A stretch of DNA of 64,000 nt from Planctomycetota bacterium. GTDB lineage: Bacteria; Planctomycetota; UBA11346. Under the pieces are notes generated by a model. That model did not search any database. It was not told the origin of the DNA and saw nothing but the letters and a program-made list of their open reading frames with translations. Shown here piece by piece: positions 26,026 to 35,232 of the stretch (the first letter of the stretch is position 1; each line of letters starts with the position of its first letter). Made by a program: the position numbers and the translations under genes. The DNA lies in the NCBI GenBank assembly GCA_038231435.1, contig JBBRLJ010000011.1, positions 32,001-96,000 of the forward strand, given 5' to 3'.

Positions 26026-28065
26026 ATGGAGCTGACCCCGACCGACGTGCTCGGACCGGGCGGACTCCTGGCGGCACGCATGAGCGCGTACGAGAGCCGA
26101 CCGCAACAGCTGGCCATGGCGGACACGGTCTCGCAGGCGATAGCTGACGGCGGCCACGCGATCGTCGAAGCGCCGACCGGCGTGGGCAAGAGCTTCGCCT
26201 ATCTGGTGCCGCTCGCCCTGCACGCCATGAAGACCAACGCGCGCGTGGTGGTCTCGACCGGAACCATCGCGCTGCAGGAGCAGCTGATCCGCAAGGACAT
26301 CCCGCTGCTGCAGGAAGTCTTCCCGCAGCTCAAGGCCGTGCTGGTCAAGGGCCGCCAGAACTACGTCTCGGTGCGGCGCATGCAGCACGCCGCTGACGGC
26401 TCGCTGTCGCAGCAGGCGATGTTCGACACCCGCGAAGACGTGCAGTCGCTGCGCGAGCTGCACGACTGGTCGAAGACGACCACAATCGGCGACCTCGCCG
26501 ATCTCGGCTTCGATCCGCCGCCCGCGGTATGGCGCCAGGTGGTGTCCGATCGCAACAACTGCCTCGGCCGCAAATGCCCGACCTACGAGAGCTGCTTCTT
26601 CTACAACGCGCGCCGCGAGATGGAGGGCGCCCACCTGCTGGTGGTCAACCACCACCTCTATTTCAGCGACCTCGGCCTGCGCGAAGAGCACGCCGGCATC
26701 CTGCCGCCGCACGACATCGTGGTGTTCGACGAGGCCCACACCCTCGAGGACATCGCCACCGACCATCTCGGTTCCTCGGTGAGCGAGTCGCAGATCCGCT
26801 TCTTCCTCGACGGCTTGTGGAACCGCCGCGAGAAGGGCCTGCTCGCCGACGAGCGCTTCGCCTTCGCGCGCGAAGCCTGCGAATACGCCCGCGCCCAGAA
26901 CGACGAATTCTGGAAGTCGGTGCTGCTGATCGGTGCCGATGCGCGCGACGATGCGGTGAAGATGCCGAATCCGCACGCGGTCGACAACATCCTCAGCCCC
27001 GCGCTCGACCTGCTCGCGCAGCGGCTCGAGGCCTGCGCCACCCGCGCTGGCGACGATAACCTGCTGCTCGAGGTCAAAGCGCAGCAGGCGCGCGCCATCG
27101 GCTTCGCGGGCGGCATCCGCGCGATCATCAGCCAGAACATGGACGGACACGTCTACTACGCGCACGTGCCGCAGGGACGCGCCCCCGGCCGCTCGTCGTC
27201 ACCCAGCTTGTCGGCGAGCCCGCTGTCGGTCGCGCAGCTGCTCAAGGAGCGCCTCTTCGACCAGACCCGCACGGTGGTGCTGACCTCGGCGACGCTCGCC
27301 GCCGACGATAGCGACCGCTTCCTGTTCCTGCGCCGCCGGCTCGGCCTCGAGGGCGGAGCGGCGCAGCGCCTGGACAGCCCCTTCGACTTCACCACCCAGG
27401 TGAAGCTGATCCTGAACCAATCCCAGATCGACCCGAACAGCCCGCGCTACGAGCAGGCGCTGGCCAACTGGCTCGGAGAGTACCTCGCTGACGAGGATCG
27501 CGGTCGTTCGGGCGGCAGTTTCGTGCTCTTCACCAGTTATCGCCAGCTCAAGGCGGTGCACGACCTGGTGCGTCCGACGCTCGACCGCATGAACCGCTTC
27601 GTGCTGCGCCACGGCGACGGCATGGGACGCGCGCAGATGCTCGACCTGTTCAAGCGCGTCGGCGACGCGGTGCTGTTCGGCACCAGCTCGTTCTGGGAGG
27701 GCGTCGACGTGCCCGGTGACGCGCTGCGCCACGTCATCATCACCAAGCTGCCGTTCGAGGTGCCGAGCCATCCGGTGGTCGAGGCGCGCCATAACGAGAT
27801 CACCCGCCGTGGCGGCAATGCCTTCATGGAGCGCACCGTGCCCGAGGCGATCATCCGCCTGAAGCAGGGATTCGGCCGCCTGATCCGCACCAAGACCGAC
27901 ACCGGATCGGTGATCATCTGCGATCACCGCATCCTCACCAAGGCCTATGGCCGCTATTTCCTCAAGGCGCTGCCGAGCTGCGGCATCGAGGTCATCGATC
28001 TGGCGCGCTATGCCGACGGCGGCGAGCCCTCGTCGATCCCGCGGACTCCCGAGTCCGGCTTCTAG
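26026..28065 (+). CDS. DinG/YoaA-family ATP-dependent DNA helicase
   Basis: YESRPQQLAMA Q motif, EAPTGVGKS, STGTIALQEQL, VVNHHL, DEAH, TSATL, SFWEGVDVPG, KQGFGRLIR. Confidence 0.96.
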   Translation: MELTPTDVLGPGGLLAARMSAYESRPQQLAMADTVSQAIADGGHAIVEAPTGVGKSFAYLVPLALHAMKTNARVVVSTGTIALQEQLIRKDIPLLQEVFPQLKAVLVKGRQNYVSVRRMQHAADGSLSQQAMFDTREDVQSLRELHDWSKTTTIGDLADLGFDPPPAVWRQVVSDRNNCLGRKCPTYESCFFYNARREMEGAHLLVVNHHLYFSDLGLREEHAGILPPHDIVVFDEAHTLEDIATDHLGSSVSESQIRFFLDGLWNRREKGLLADERFAFAREACEYARAQNDEFWKSVLLIGADARDDAVKMPNPHAVDNILSPALDLLAQRLEACATRAGDDNLLLEVKAQQARAIGFAGGIRAIISQNMDGHVYYAHVPQGRAPGRSSSPSLSASPLSVAQLLKERLFDQTRTVVLTSATLAADDSDRFLFLRRRLGLEGGAAQRLDSPFDFTTQVKLILNQSQIDPNSPRYEQALANWLGEYLADEDRGRSGGSFVLFTSYRQLKAVHDLVRPTLDRMNRFVLRHGDGMGRAQMLDLFKRVGDAVLFGTSSFWEGVDVPGDALRHVIITKLPFEVPSHPVVEARHNEITRRGGNAFMERTVPEAIIRLKQGFGRLIRTKTDTGSVIICDHRILTKAYGRYFLKALPSCGIEVIDLARYADGGEPSSIPRTPESGF

Positions 28066-28154
28066 CGTCCTGTCCGCCGACGGCGTACCGCGCGCCCGGA
28101 AAGCCCGCTCCATCGCCTCCTTGATCGCTGCCGGGGCCCAGCCAGCCTAGCGCC

Positions 28155-30647
28155 ATGCTCCGTGGCCTGCGCGTTTCCGATTCGACCGTCCTGCAACGCA
28201 TCTGCGGCGGCGACATGAAGCTGTTCCTGCGCGTCGGCGCGCTGCTCCAGGCCAAGCTGGCCTTCACCGAGCTCGGGCTCGAGGCGGCGGTCGCCAACGA
28301 GGAAGGCAAGAAGCTGGTCGGCGACCGGCGCCTGCGCGACGCGGTGCCCGACCAGTTCGAGAAGATCGCCGCCGACGCCGGCGCCGCCGAGCTGCGCCTG
28401 TCCATGGTCGACACCGCGGGCGGAGCCGAGGACGGCTGGCGCGTGATCGCGCTCGAGGACGAGCTGGGCAATCCGCTGCTCGACCAATCGCGCGCCAACG
28501 ATGCCGAGGCCCAGTCGCTGATCGACGCCGCGCCGACCTCGGCCCTGTCCACGATGGTGGCCGGCCTGACCCCCTCGCTGCGCGGGCCGGTCGAGGGCCT
28601 GCTCCAGGCGCGCGCCGACGACCAGCGCGCGGCGGCCCTCGAGCAGCTACGCTACGCGATGCCGCCGCTGCCGGTGGTGACCGAACTGATGCCGATGATC
28701 CTCTCCGACGGCGCCGAGCTGGTGCGCGAGCGCGCCATCGGCCTGCTGGTGGGCGCCGGCGCGAACGTCGCCGTGGTCGATCTCATCCGCGCGCTGCAGC
28801 GCAAGGACGACCACGCCCTGGCGCGCCTGGGCGAGCCGGTGTCGAAGCTGCCGGCGATGCAGCAGGATCTGGTGGTTTCAGCGGTGCTCGCGGCGATGTC
28901 GCGGGGCCATACCACCCAGGCCATCGTCACGCTCTGCGAGCATCTCGCCGCCCACCTGTCAGAGCACCGCGGCCTTGAGCGCCTGATGGAGCTGCTGCTG
29001 CCGGCGCGCCTGAGCCTCTTGGATCTGGTGCGCTCGCTGCAGGGCTTCGATCGCGGCCGCATCGATTCCATCCTCTCGCGCCAGCTCGGCATCAGCTCCG
29101 AGCGCGACGCGCACCTGGTGGTGCTGCTCGCCATGCCCGGCGCGGTCGATGCCGATGTTCCCGACCGCGACCATCTCGTGGAACGAGGCCTCGAGCTGCT
29201 GCTGACGCCCGCGGATTCGCCGCCCGAACGCATGGCGCTGGCCTCGGCGCTGCGCCGTCTCGAGCACGGCAGCAACCTCGCCCAGCGCATCGCCGACCGC
29301 GGCGCCGAGATCGCCAAGGCCTACGAGACCAGCGTCTACTGGCTGCTCGCCGAGCTCTGCCGCGACGGCTCGGTGCCCCCCGCGGCGGCCGAGGCGCTCG
29401 CCATCACCCTGCGCCGCCTGCTGCGCGAGGCCACGGGCCCGCACCTGGTGGCGATCCTCGAGCAGCAGCTGCCCGCGCTGCTGCCGGCGAGCGAGCCCGC
29501 GAAGGCGGGCCTGGTCGAGCCGATGGTCGAGACCATCGCGCGCTTCGTCGACGACCGCAGCCACGACCTGGTGGTGTCGTGCCTGACCGCCATCGGCCCC
29601 ACCGCGGTGCCGCCGCTGTGGTCGCTGCTCGAGGACCATCCGCACGAGAACGTGCGCTTGCTCAGCGCCGAGCTGCTGCCGCTGCTCCTGCGCGATGCCC
29701 CGGCCGCGGACGCCCGCGCCGCCGTCTCGCGCCTGCTCAAGGGCCTGGGGCGCGCCAGCCAGGCGCGCGAACGCGCCAGCCTGGTGACCGCGGCGGCGAT
29801 GATCTCGTGCCTGCCCGCGCTCGCCGCCGATCCTGAACCGAGCCGGCTCGTCGACGCCGCCGTCGACAGCCTCGGCACCTGGGGCATCGACGCCCTCGGC
29901 TACCTCGCCACCAGCGAGCACCTCGCCGCGCCGCGCCGCCAGCAGATCATCGAACGGCTGCTCGACGACCTGGTCGAGGACCTGCCCGACACGCCGGTCG
30001 AGAGCGTCACGGATTCGTCGAACGACGAGGTCACCTTCGTCCTCGACGAGCGCCTTGGCGCTCACACCGAGAACGTCCCCAAGCTGCTCGCCGCGCTCTA
30101 TCGCATCGGCTCGGCGCCGGCGCTCCCGGCCGAGCTGCAGCGGCGCGTGGTCAACCGCCTGTGCCTGCAATGGGGCCGCGTCTCGGGATGGAAGACCATC
30201 TGGGGCCCGGGCAACATCCAGGAGCTCGGCCGCACCCTCGGCCGCCTCGCCGAGCACCCCGAATTCCCCGGTCCGCTGCGGCTCCAGGTCTCAGAAGCGC
30301 TGCTGCCGCGCATCGCCCAGCTGACCGTGGCCCGCAGTCTGGCGCGGGTGTTCACCTCGGCCGAGGGCAGCTACCTCAGCCAGCTCGCGGGCAAGACCGC
30401 GTCCAAGCTCATCGAGCTCGCCGCCGAGAAGTACTACGCCGACGACGAATGGGAGGAACTCGCCGAGATCCTCGTCGACTACCTGGCGATCCCGCACCTC
30501 GGGCCCGACGGCCCGGCGGTGCGCCGCCGCCTGGTCAACGTCATCGGCGCCTACCGCTCGCACATGACCAGCCGCGCGCGCGCCAAGCTGCGCTACATCA
30601 TGCCGGAGCTGGACGCCGACCTGCGCACGAAGCTCGACTGGGCGTGA
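28155..30647 (+). CDS. Large Leu/Ala-rich alpha-helical (HEAT/ARM-like) hypothetical protein
   Basis: 830-aa ORF with strongly GC3-biased codons; HEAT-like segments 'ILSDGAELVRERAIGLL' and 'LLEDHPHENVRLLSAELL'. Confidence 0.75.
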   Translation: MLRGLRVSDSTVLQRICGGDMKLFLRVGALLQAKLAFTELGLEAAVANEEGKKLVGDRRLRDAVPDQFEKIAADAGAAELRLSMVDTAGGAEDGWRVIALEDELGNPLLDQSRANDAEAQSLIDAAPTSALSTMVAGLTPSLRGPVEGLLQARADDQRAAALEQLRYAMPPLPVVTELMPMILSDGAELVRERAIGLLVGAGANVAVVDLIRALQRKDDHALARLGEPVSKLPAMQQDLVVSAVLAAMSRGHTTQAIVTLCEHLAAHLSEHRGLERLMELLLPARLSLLDLVRSLQGFDRGRIDSILSRQLGISSERDAHLVVLLAMPGAVDADVPDRDHLVERGLELLLTPADSPPERMALASALRRLEHGSNLAQRIADRGAEIAKAYETSVYWLLAELCRDGSVPPAAAEALAITLRRLLREATGPHLVAILEQQLPALLPASEPAKAGLVEPMVETIARFVDDRSHDLVVSCLTAIGPTAVPPLWSLLEDHPHENVRLLSAELLPLLLRDAPAADARAAVSRLLKGLGRASQARERASLVTAAAMISCLPALAADPEPSRLVDAAVDSLGTWGIDALGYLATSEHLAAPRRQQIIERLLDDLVEDLPDTPVESVTDSSNDEVTFVLDERLGAHTENVPKLLAALYRIGSAPALPAELQRRVVNRLCLQWGRVSGWKTIWGPGNIQELGRTLGRLAEHPEFPGPLRLQVSEALLPRIAQLTVARSLARVFTSAEGSYLSQLAGKTASKLIELAAEKYYADDEWEELAEILVDYLAIPHLGPDGPAVRRRLVNVIGAYRSHMTSRARAKLRYIMPELDADLRTKLDWA

Positions 30648-30652
30648 TCAGG

Positions 30653-30900
30653 GCAGGCCATCGCGACGCGCAGCGTCGGTAGCCGCGAAGCGGCGAGCGG
30701 CAAAGCCGCCGATGGCCGTAGTGCTTGCACGAAACATCCAAGTCGCGGTGACCCGGGGGTGTCGGGGGCAGAGCCCCTGACGCGGGGGCGGTCCGGGGGT
30801 CGCGACCCCCGGATTTATCGCGAGCGCATGCGAGCAGGCCATCGCGACGCGCAGCGTCGGTAGCCGCGAAGCGGCGAGCGGCAAAGCCGCCGATGGCCGT
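30653..30900. repeat. Perfect 67-bp direct repeat x2 flanking a 114-bp hairpin-rich spacer
   Basis: 30653-30719 is identical to 30834-30900; the spacer includes GGGGCAGAGCCCCTGA and TCCGGGGGTCGCGACCCCCGGA. Confidence 0.9.
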
Positions 30901-31166
30901 CAAACAGCAGCAGGCTGATTCATCAGGCGTTCAACGAAGCCGTAGATGTCGCCCATTGTGCGCAGGGCGCGGGCTTCCTTCTCGGGGCACTTCACCTTGA
31001 AGGTCTTCTCCATCGCCGCGATCAGGTCGACGCTGTCGAGGCTGTCGAGCTCGAGGTCCTTCACCAGGTCGGCTTCGGGCACCAGACGGGCGGGATCGAG
31101 TTCGAACTCCTTGGCGAGGGCTGCATTCACGGCGCTGCGGACGGCTTCTGGTGACATCGTGGACAT
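30900..31166 (-). CDS. Acyl carrier protein
   Basis: DLELDSLDSVDL phosphopantetheine-site motif; 'RTMGDIYGFV' C-terminal helix. Confidence 0.93.
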   Translation of the reverse strand: MSTMSPEAVRSAVNAALAKEFELDPARLVPEADLVKDLELDSLDSVDLIAAMEKTFKVKCPEKEARALRTMGDIYGFVERLMNQPAAV

Positions 31167-31276
31167 CTGGGAATCCTTGCTGAGGCAGGCGTGAACAGGA
31201 GGCGAAGCGTTCCAGCTTCAAGGGTACATCAGGAATCGCGCGAGTGCGGAACTTACTGGCGGTCTTCAGTCTTCGG

Positions 31277-31326
31277 TGAACGAACCTTCAATGAACGGAC
31301 CAATGAACGAACCGATGAACGAACCA
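31277..31326. repeat. 12-bp tandem repeat (ATGAACG[A/G]ACC[A/G]) x3 plus one offset partial copy, in the ACP/GT2 divergent region
   Basis: Units at 31291, 31303 and 31315; TGAACGAACC at 31277. Confidence 0.8.
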
Positions 31327-31628
31327 AGAGGAGTGAGGTCTGAGCCCGGAGCAGCCACCCGGACATGGATGGGCTATCACTGTACCGCATGATCGTCGGG
31401 GACAAGTGTTTCGCCGGTAAAAACCCTCCACGGAGGCCGCGCTCGCACATTCGCTGCAATCGATTCAAATGCCGGGCACGGGCATTTTCAGCAGGAATCA
31501 CGCGGGGGTACGTCCTTCCGAGGACTCTCGGCGAGGTCTCCGAGGACAGATGTGCGGGGGAGATCGGCGCCCAGCTCGCCCCTGCCCGGTGGCCAGCTGC
31601 GAATCGCCGGCTACCCTGCGGCGCTCGC

Positions 31629-32855
31629 ATGCAGCTCATCGCTCCAGCATCCACGACCTGGCCGGCGGGCATGATCGCGCTGGTTCCGGTGTTCAACCAC
31701 CATGCCACGGTCGCCGAGGTGGTGCGTGGCCTGCGGTCACTCGGCGCACCGGTGCTGGTGGTCGACGACGGTTCGAGCGATGGCAGCGGCGAGACGGCTG
31801 CCGCCGCCGGCGCCGAAGTGCACCGGCTGCCGATCAACCAGGGCAAGGGCGCCGCGCTGCGCTGCGGCATGGAGATCGCCGCCGCCCGCGGCTACGCCCA
31901 GGCACTCTCCTGCGATGCGGACGGCCAGCACCCCTTAGTCGCGGTGGCATCGCTCGCCCGGGCGGCGAGCGATGCCACCGCGATCCACATTGGCCAACGC
32001 GACATGGCCGGAGCCCCGCGCTCGAGCCGCGTCGGGCGCTGGTGGTGCAACCTCTGGGTCTGGCTGTGCTGCGGCTGGTGGGTCGGAGACAGCCAATCGG
32101 GCCTGCGCGTCTATCCCCTGCCCGTGACGCCGAGACTGCCGGTGCGCGCGGGCCGCTACGCCTGGGAGGTCGAAGTCCTGGTGCGCGCGGCGTGGGCCGG
32201 TCTGCCGATGCGAATCGTGGACGTGCCGGTCATCTACCCCGAGAACCGCATCAGCCATTTCCACAAGCTGAAGGACAACGCCCGCGTCACCGTGCTCTTC
32301 CACCGCCTGGTCTGGCGGCGGCTGATCCCATGGCCGCACGAACGGCTGATACCGCGCCGCAAGCTGCGCTTCCGCGAGGTCCTCACCGCCAACCTGTCGT
32401 CGTGGCAAGTCGCCGGCGCCTGCGCGCTCGGGGCGGCGATGGGCGTGGCTCCCTTGCCCGGGCTGCAGATGGCGGCGGCGATCTGGTTGTCGTGGCTGCT
32501 GCGGCTGAACGTCGGGCTCACCCTGCTGGTGAGCAACCACAGCTTCGGCCCGCTGCTGGCCGCGTGGTACGCGCTGGGCACCGCGCTGGGCATGTACGTG
32601 CTCAACGGACTTCCACCCGACGAGAACTTCCACCTGCTGCACGAACGTCTCCATCAGGCCGCGAGCTGGCCGGCGCGCCTCGATGTGCTGAAGGACTGCA
32701 TCGGCAGCTGGCTGCTCGGGTGCGCGCTGTTGATGCCGGTGCTCGGGCTGATCGCCGGCTTCTTCGGCTATCTGGTGGCCGAGATCGTACGCGGGCGCCG
32801 GTCTCGCCGGTTGGAGGTCGCACCCGAGGCCGGACCCGAGCGACCGCAGCCGTGA
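31629..32855 (+). CDS. Glycosyltransferase family 2 fused to DUF2062-like membrane domain
   Basis: VPVFNH, VVDDGSSDGS, NQGKGAAL, DADGQH, DSQSGLRVYP, RISHF; C-terminal TM region 'ACALGAAMGVAPLPGLQ'. Confidence 0.9.
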   Translation: MQLIAPASTTWPAGMIALVPVFNHHATVAEVVRGLRSLGAPVLVVDDGSSDGSGETAAAAGAEVHRLPINQGKGAALRCGMEIAAARGYAQALSCDADGQHPLVAVASLARAASDATAIHIGQRDMAGAPRSSRVGRWWCNLWVWLCCGWWVGDSQSGLRVYPLPVTPRLPVRAGRYAWEVEVLVRAAWAGLPMRIVDVPVIYPENRISHFHKLKDNARVTVLFHRLVWRRLIPWPHERLIPRRKLRFREVLTANLSSWQVAGACALGAAMGVAPLPGLQMAAAIWLSWLLRLNVGLTLLVSNHSFGPLLAAWYALGTALGMYVLNGLPPDENFHLLHERLHQAASWPARLDVLKDCIGSWLLGCALLMPVLGLIAGFFGYLVAEIVRGRRSRRLEVAPEAGPERPQP

Positions 32856-33751
32856 CGCGCTCGTGGAGCGGCAAGAGCCATGGTGGAGGGCTCGGCCACG
32901 CCCTGGTGCACGCCTTCGCCCGGCATGGCGGTTTGCGCGCGTGCTACGCGCTGCTGATCCCGCCTACCACCTGGTTCTTCATCGCCGACGGAACCGCGCG
33001 GCGCCATGCGGTGCGGTACTGGATGCGCGTGCGGCCCTCGTTGGGGCGCTGGGGCGCCCACGTGATGGCCTGGCGCCATTTCTACAGCTTCGCGAGAAAC
33101 CTCGCCGACCGCTTCCTGGCCTCGGCCGCCCCGGGCAGCCTGCGCGTCCACAATCGCGGTGGCAGCCGCATGGATGCTGCCATGCGCCACCCGCAAGGCT
33201 GCATCCTGCTCTCGGCGCACCTGGGCAACTGGGAGCTGGCGGGCCGCTGGCTGACCACCCATCCCGGCGTGCGCATCAACATCGTCATGCTCCTCGACGA
33301 GGCTCCCGAGGTGCAGCGCGAGCTCGATCGCGCCATGGGCGGCCACCCCTTCGGGATCATCGATCTGCGCGATCCCTTCGGCGCGAGCCTCGAGATCGCC
33401 GCCGCGCTGCGCAGGGGCGAGACCTGCTGCATGCTCGGAGACCGCACCGCGGGCGCGGCGGGCAATTCCGTAGCGGTGCCGTTCTTCGGCGCGCCGGCGC
33501 GCTTCCCTACCGGCCCCTTCATCGCGGCCGCCGCGACGGGGGCCCTCATCGTTCCGACGTTCTCGTACAAGGAGAGCATCGACACCTACTGCCTGGTCGC
33601 CGACGAGCCGTGGACGGTGCGTTTCTCCAGCCGGGCGGCGCGCGGGCGCGAGCTCGAGGCGGCGGTGGCGCGATGGGCGGAACGCCTGGAACGGATGGTC
33701 CGCAGGCACCCGCTGCAGTGGCAGAATTTCTTCGATTTCTGGGCGAAATAA
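32852..33751 (+). CDS. LpxL/LpxP-like lipid acyltransferase (flexirubin/APE-cluster type)
   Basis: W.GKS.GG.LG N-terminus, LSAHLGNWE, MLGDR, FFG..ARFP.GPF, HPLQW.NFFDFW; GTGA overlap. Confidence 0.9.
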   Translation: MTRSWSGKSHGGGLGHALVHAFARHGGLRACYALLIPPTTWFFIADGTARRHAVRYWMRVRPSLGRWGAHVMAWRHFYSFARNLADRFLASAAPGSLRVHNRGGSRMDAAMRHPQGCILLSAHLGNWELAGRWLTTHPGVRINIVMLLDEAPEVQRELDRAMGGHPFGIIDLRDPFGASLEIAAALRRGETCCMLGDRTAGAAGNSVAVPFFGAPARFPTGPFIAAAATGALIVPTFSYKESIDTYCLVADEPWTVRFSSRAARGRELEAAVARWAERLERMVRRHPLQWQNFFDFWAK

Positions 33752-33848
33752 CCCGCCTGCAAGGTTGCACCCGCGCGTGCCGGCGCGACACTCCGCGCTC
33801 GCCATTCGCCTCCGTCTCGTGGCGGCGATGACACCGGAGTCCCGCACG

Positions 33849-35090
33849 ATGCTGCTGCCCGCCAATCGCCGTCGCGTCGTGATCACCGGCATGGACGCCT
33901 TGTCGTGCCTGGGCTCCACGCTCGACGACATCTCCTCGTCGCTGCGCCATGGCAAGCCCGGCATCGTGATCAGCGAGGAACGCGTCCAGCTCGGCTTCCG
34001 CTCGCCGCTCACCGGAATGATCGCGCCGGTGGACGCTGCCGCGCACTTCGCCCGCAAGGAGCGCAAGAGCATGGGCGAGACGGCGCTGTACGCGGCGGTC
34101 ACCGCCAAGCGCGCCATCGCCATGTCCGGCTGCGCTGCCGCTCTCGCCAGTGACCGCGCCGGCGTGATATACGGCAACGATTCCTGTGCCGACCCGATCG
34201 AGGAGGTGCTGACCACCGTGCGCCGCGAGAAGAGCACCGGCTCGCTCGGCTCGGACAAGGTGATCAAGGCGCTCAACTCGACCCCGACCATCAACCTCGG
34301 GCCGATGCTCGGCACGCGCGGCATCAGCATGACGGTGAGCGGCGCCTGCGCTTCGGGCGCCCACGCCATCGGCTGGTCGTGGATGCTCATCGCGAGCGGC
34401 ATGCAGGACGTGATCGTCACCGGAGGCTCGCAGGAGCTGTGCTGGCAGAGCATGGCCGCCTTCGACGGCCTGCGCGTGTTCTCGATGCGACTCGATGAGC
34501 CTGGCAAATCGGTGCGGCCGTTCGACCGCGACCGCGACGGCCTGGTGCCATCCGGCGGCGCGGCGAGCCTGGTGCTCGAGGACTACGAGCACGCCAAGCG
34601 CCGCGGGGCGCCGATCATCGCCGAGGTGCTGTCCTACGCCTTCAGCTCCGATGGCAGCCACATGACCTCGGGCGACGGGCTCGGCGCCGCCAGGGCGATG
34701 CGCGGCGCGCTCGATGCGGCTGGACTGAAGCCGGGCGACATCGACTACATCAATGCCCACGCCACCGCGACCGAGGCCGGCGACGCCGCCGAGGCCGAGG
34801 CCATCTACGCGGTGTTCGGCGCCGACGGCCCGCCGGTGTCCTCGACCAAGTCGCTCACCGGCCACGAATGCTGGATGGCTGGCGCGAGCGAGGCGCTGTA
34901 TTCGCTGCTGATGATGAAGGGCTCGTTCATCGCGCCCAACGCCAACTACGAGAACCAGGATCCCAAGCTGCCGCGCATCAACATCGCGCCCAAGCCGGTC
35001 GAAAACGTGAAGCTGCGTACCGTGCTGTCGAACAGCTTCGGTTTCGGCGGCACCAATGCGTGCCTCATCCTGAGGGCGGTGGAGGAGTGA
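33849..35090 (+). CDS. Beta-ketoacyl-ACP synthase (FabB/FabF-like)
   Basis: RRVVITG; catalytic triad in GACASGAHAIG, YINAHATAT and STKSLTGHECWMAGASE; SNSFGFGGTN. Confidence 0.95.
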   Translation: MLLPANRRRVVITGMDALSCLGSTLDDISSSLRHGKPGIVISEERVQLGFRSPLTGMIAPVDAAAHFARKERKSMGETALYAAVTAKRAIAMSGCAAALASDRAGVIYGNDSCADPIEEVLTTVRREKSTGSLGSDKVIKALNSTPTINLGPMLGTRGISMTVSGACASGAHAIGWSWMLIASGMQDVIVTGGSQELCWQSMAAFDGLRVFSMRLDEPGKSVRPFDRDRDGLVPSGGAASLVLEDYEHAKRRGAPIIAEVLSYAFSSDGSHMTSGDGLGAARAMRGALDAAGLKPGDIDYINAHATATEAGDAAEAEAIYAVFGADGPPVSSTKSLTGHECWMAGASEALYSLLMMKGSFIAPNANYENQDPKLPRINIAPKPVENVKLRTVLSNSFGFGGTNACLILRAVEE

Positions 35091-35232
35091 CGGACCGTCC
35101 GTCACCAGATCGTCCGTCATCGCGTCGACCGTCGTTCGTCGTCGATGACAGTCTCCGTTCTCGCGCCCACCGGATCGACGTCCCTGAGTCGTCCTGCGAC
35201 AGACGACGGACCACGCGACGACGGACTGCCTG

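Noticed and set aside
31469..33751. 760-aa ORF as a GT2-acyltransferase fusion
   Set aside because: GT2 and acyltransferase are in different frames joined by a GTGA overlap; the extension is Arg/Pro-rich off-frame sequence.
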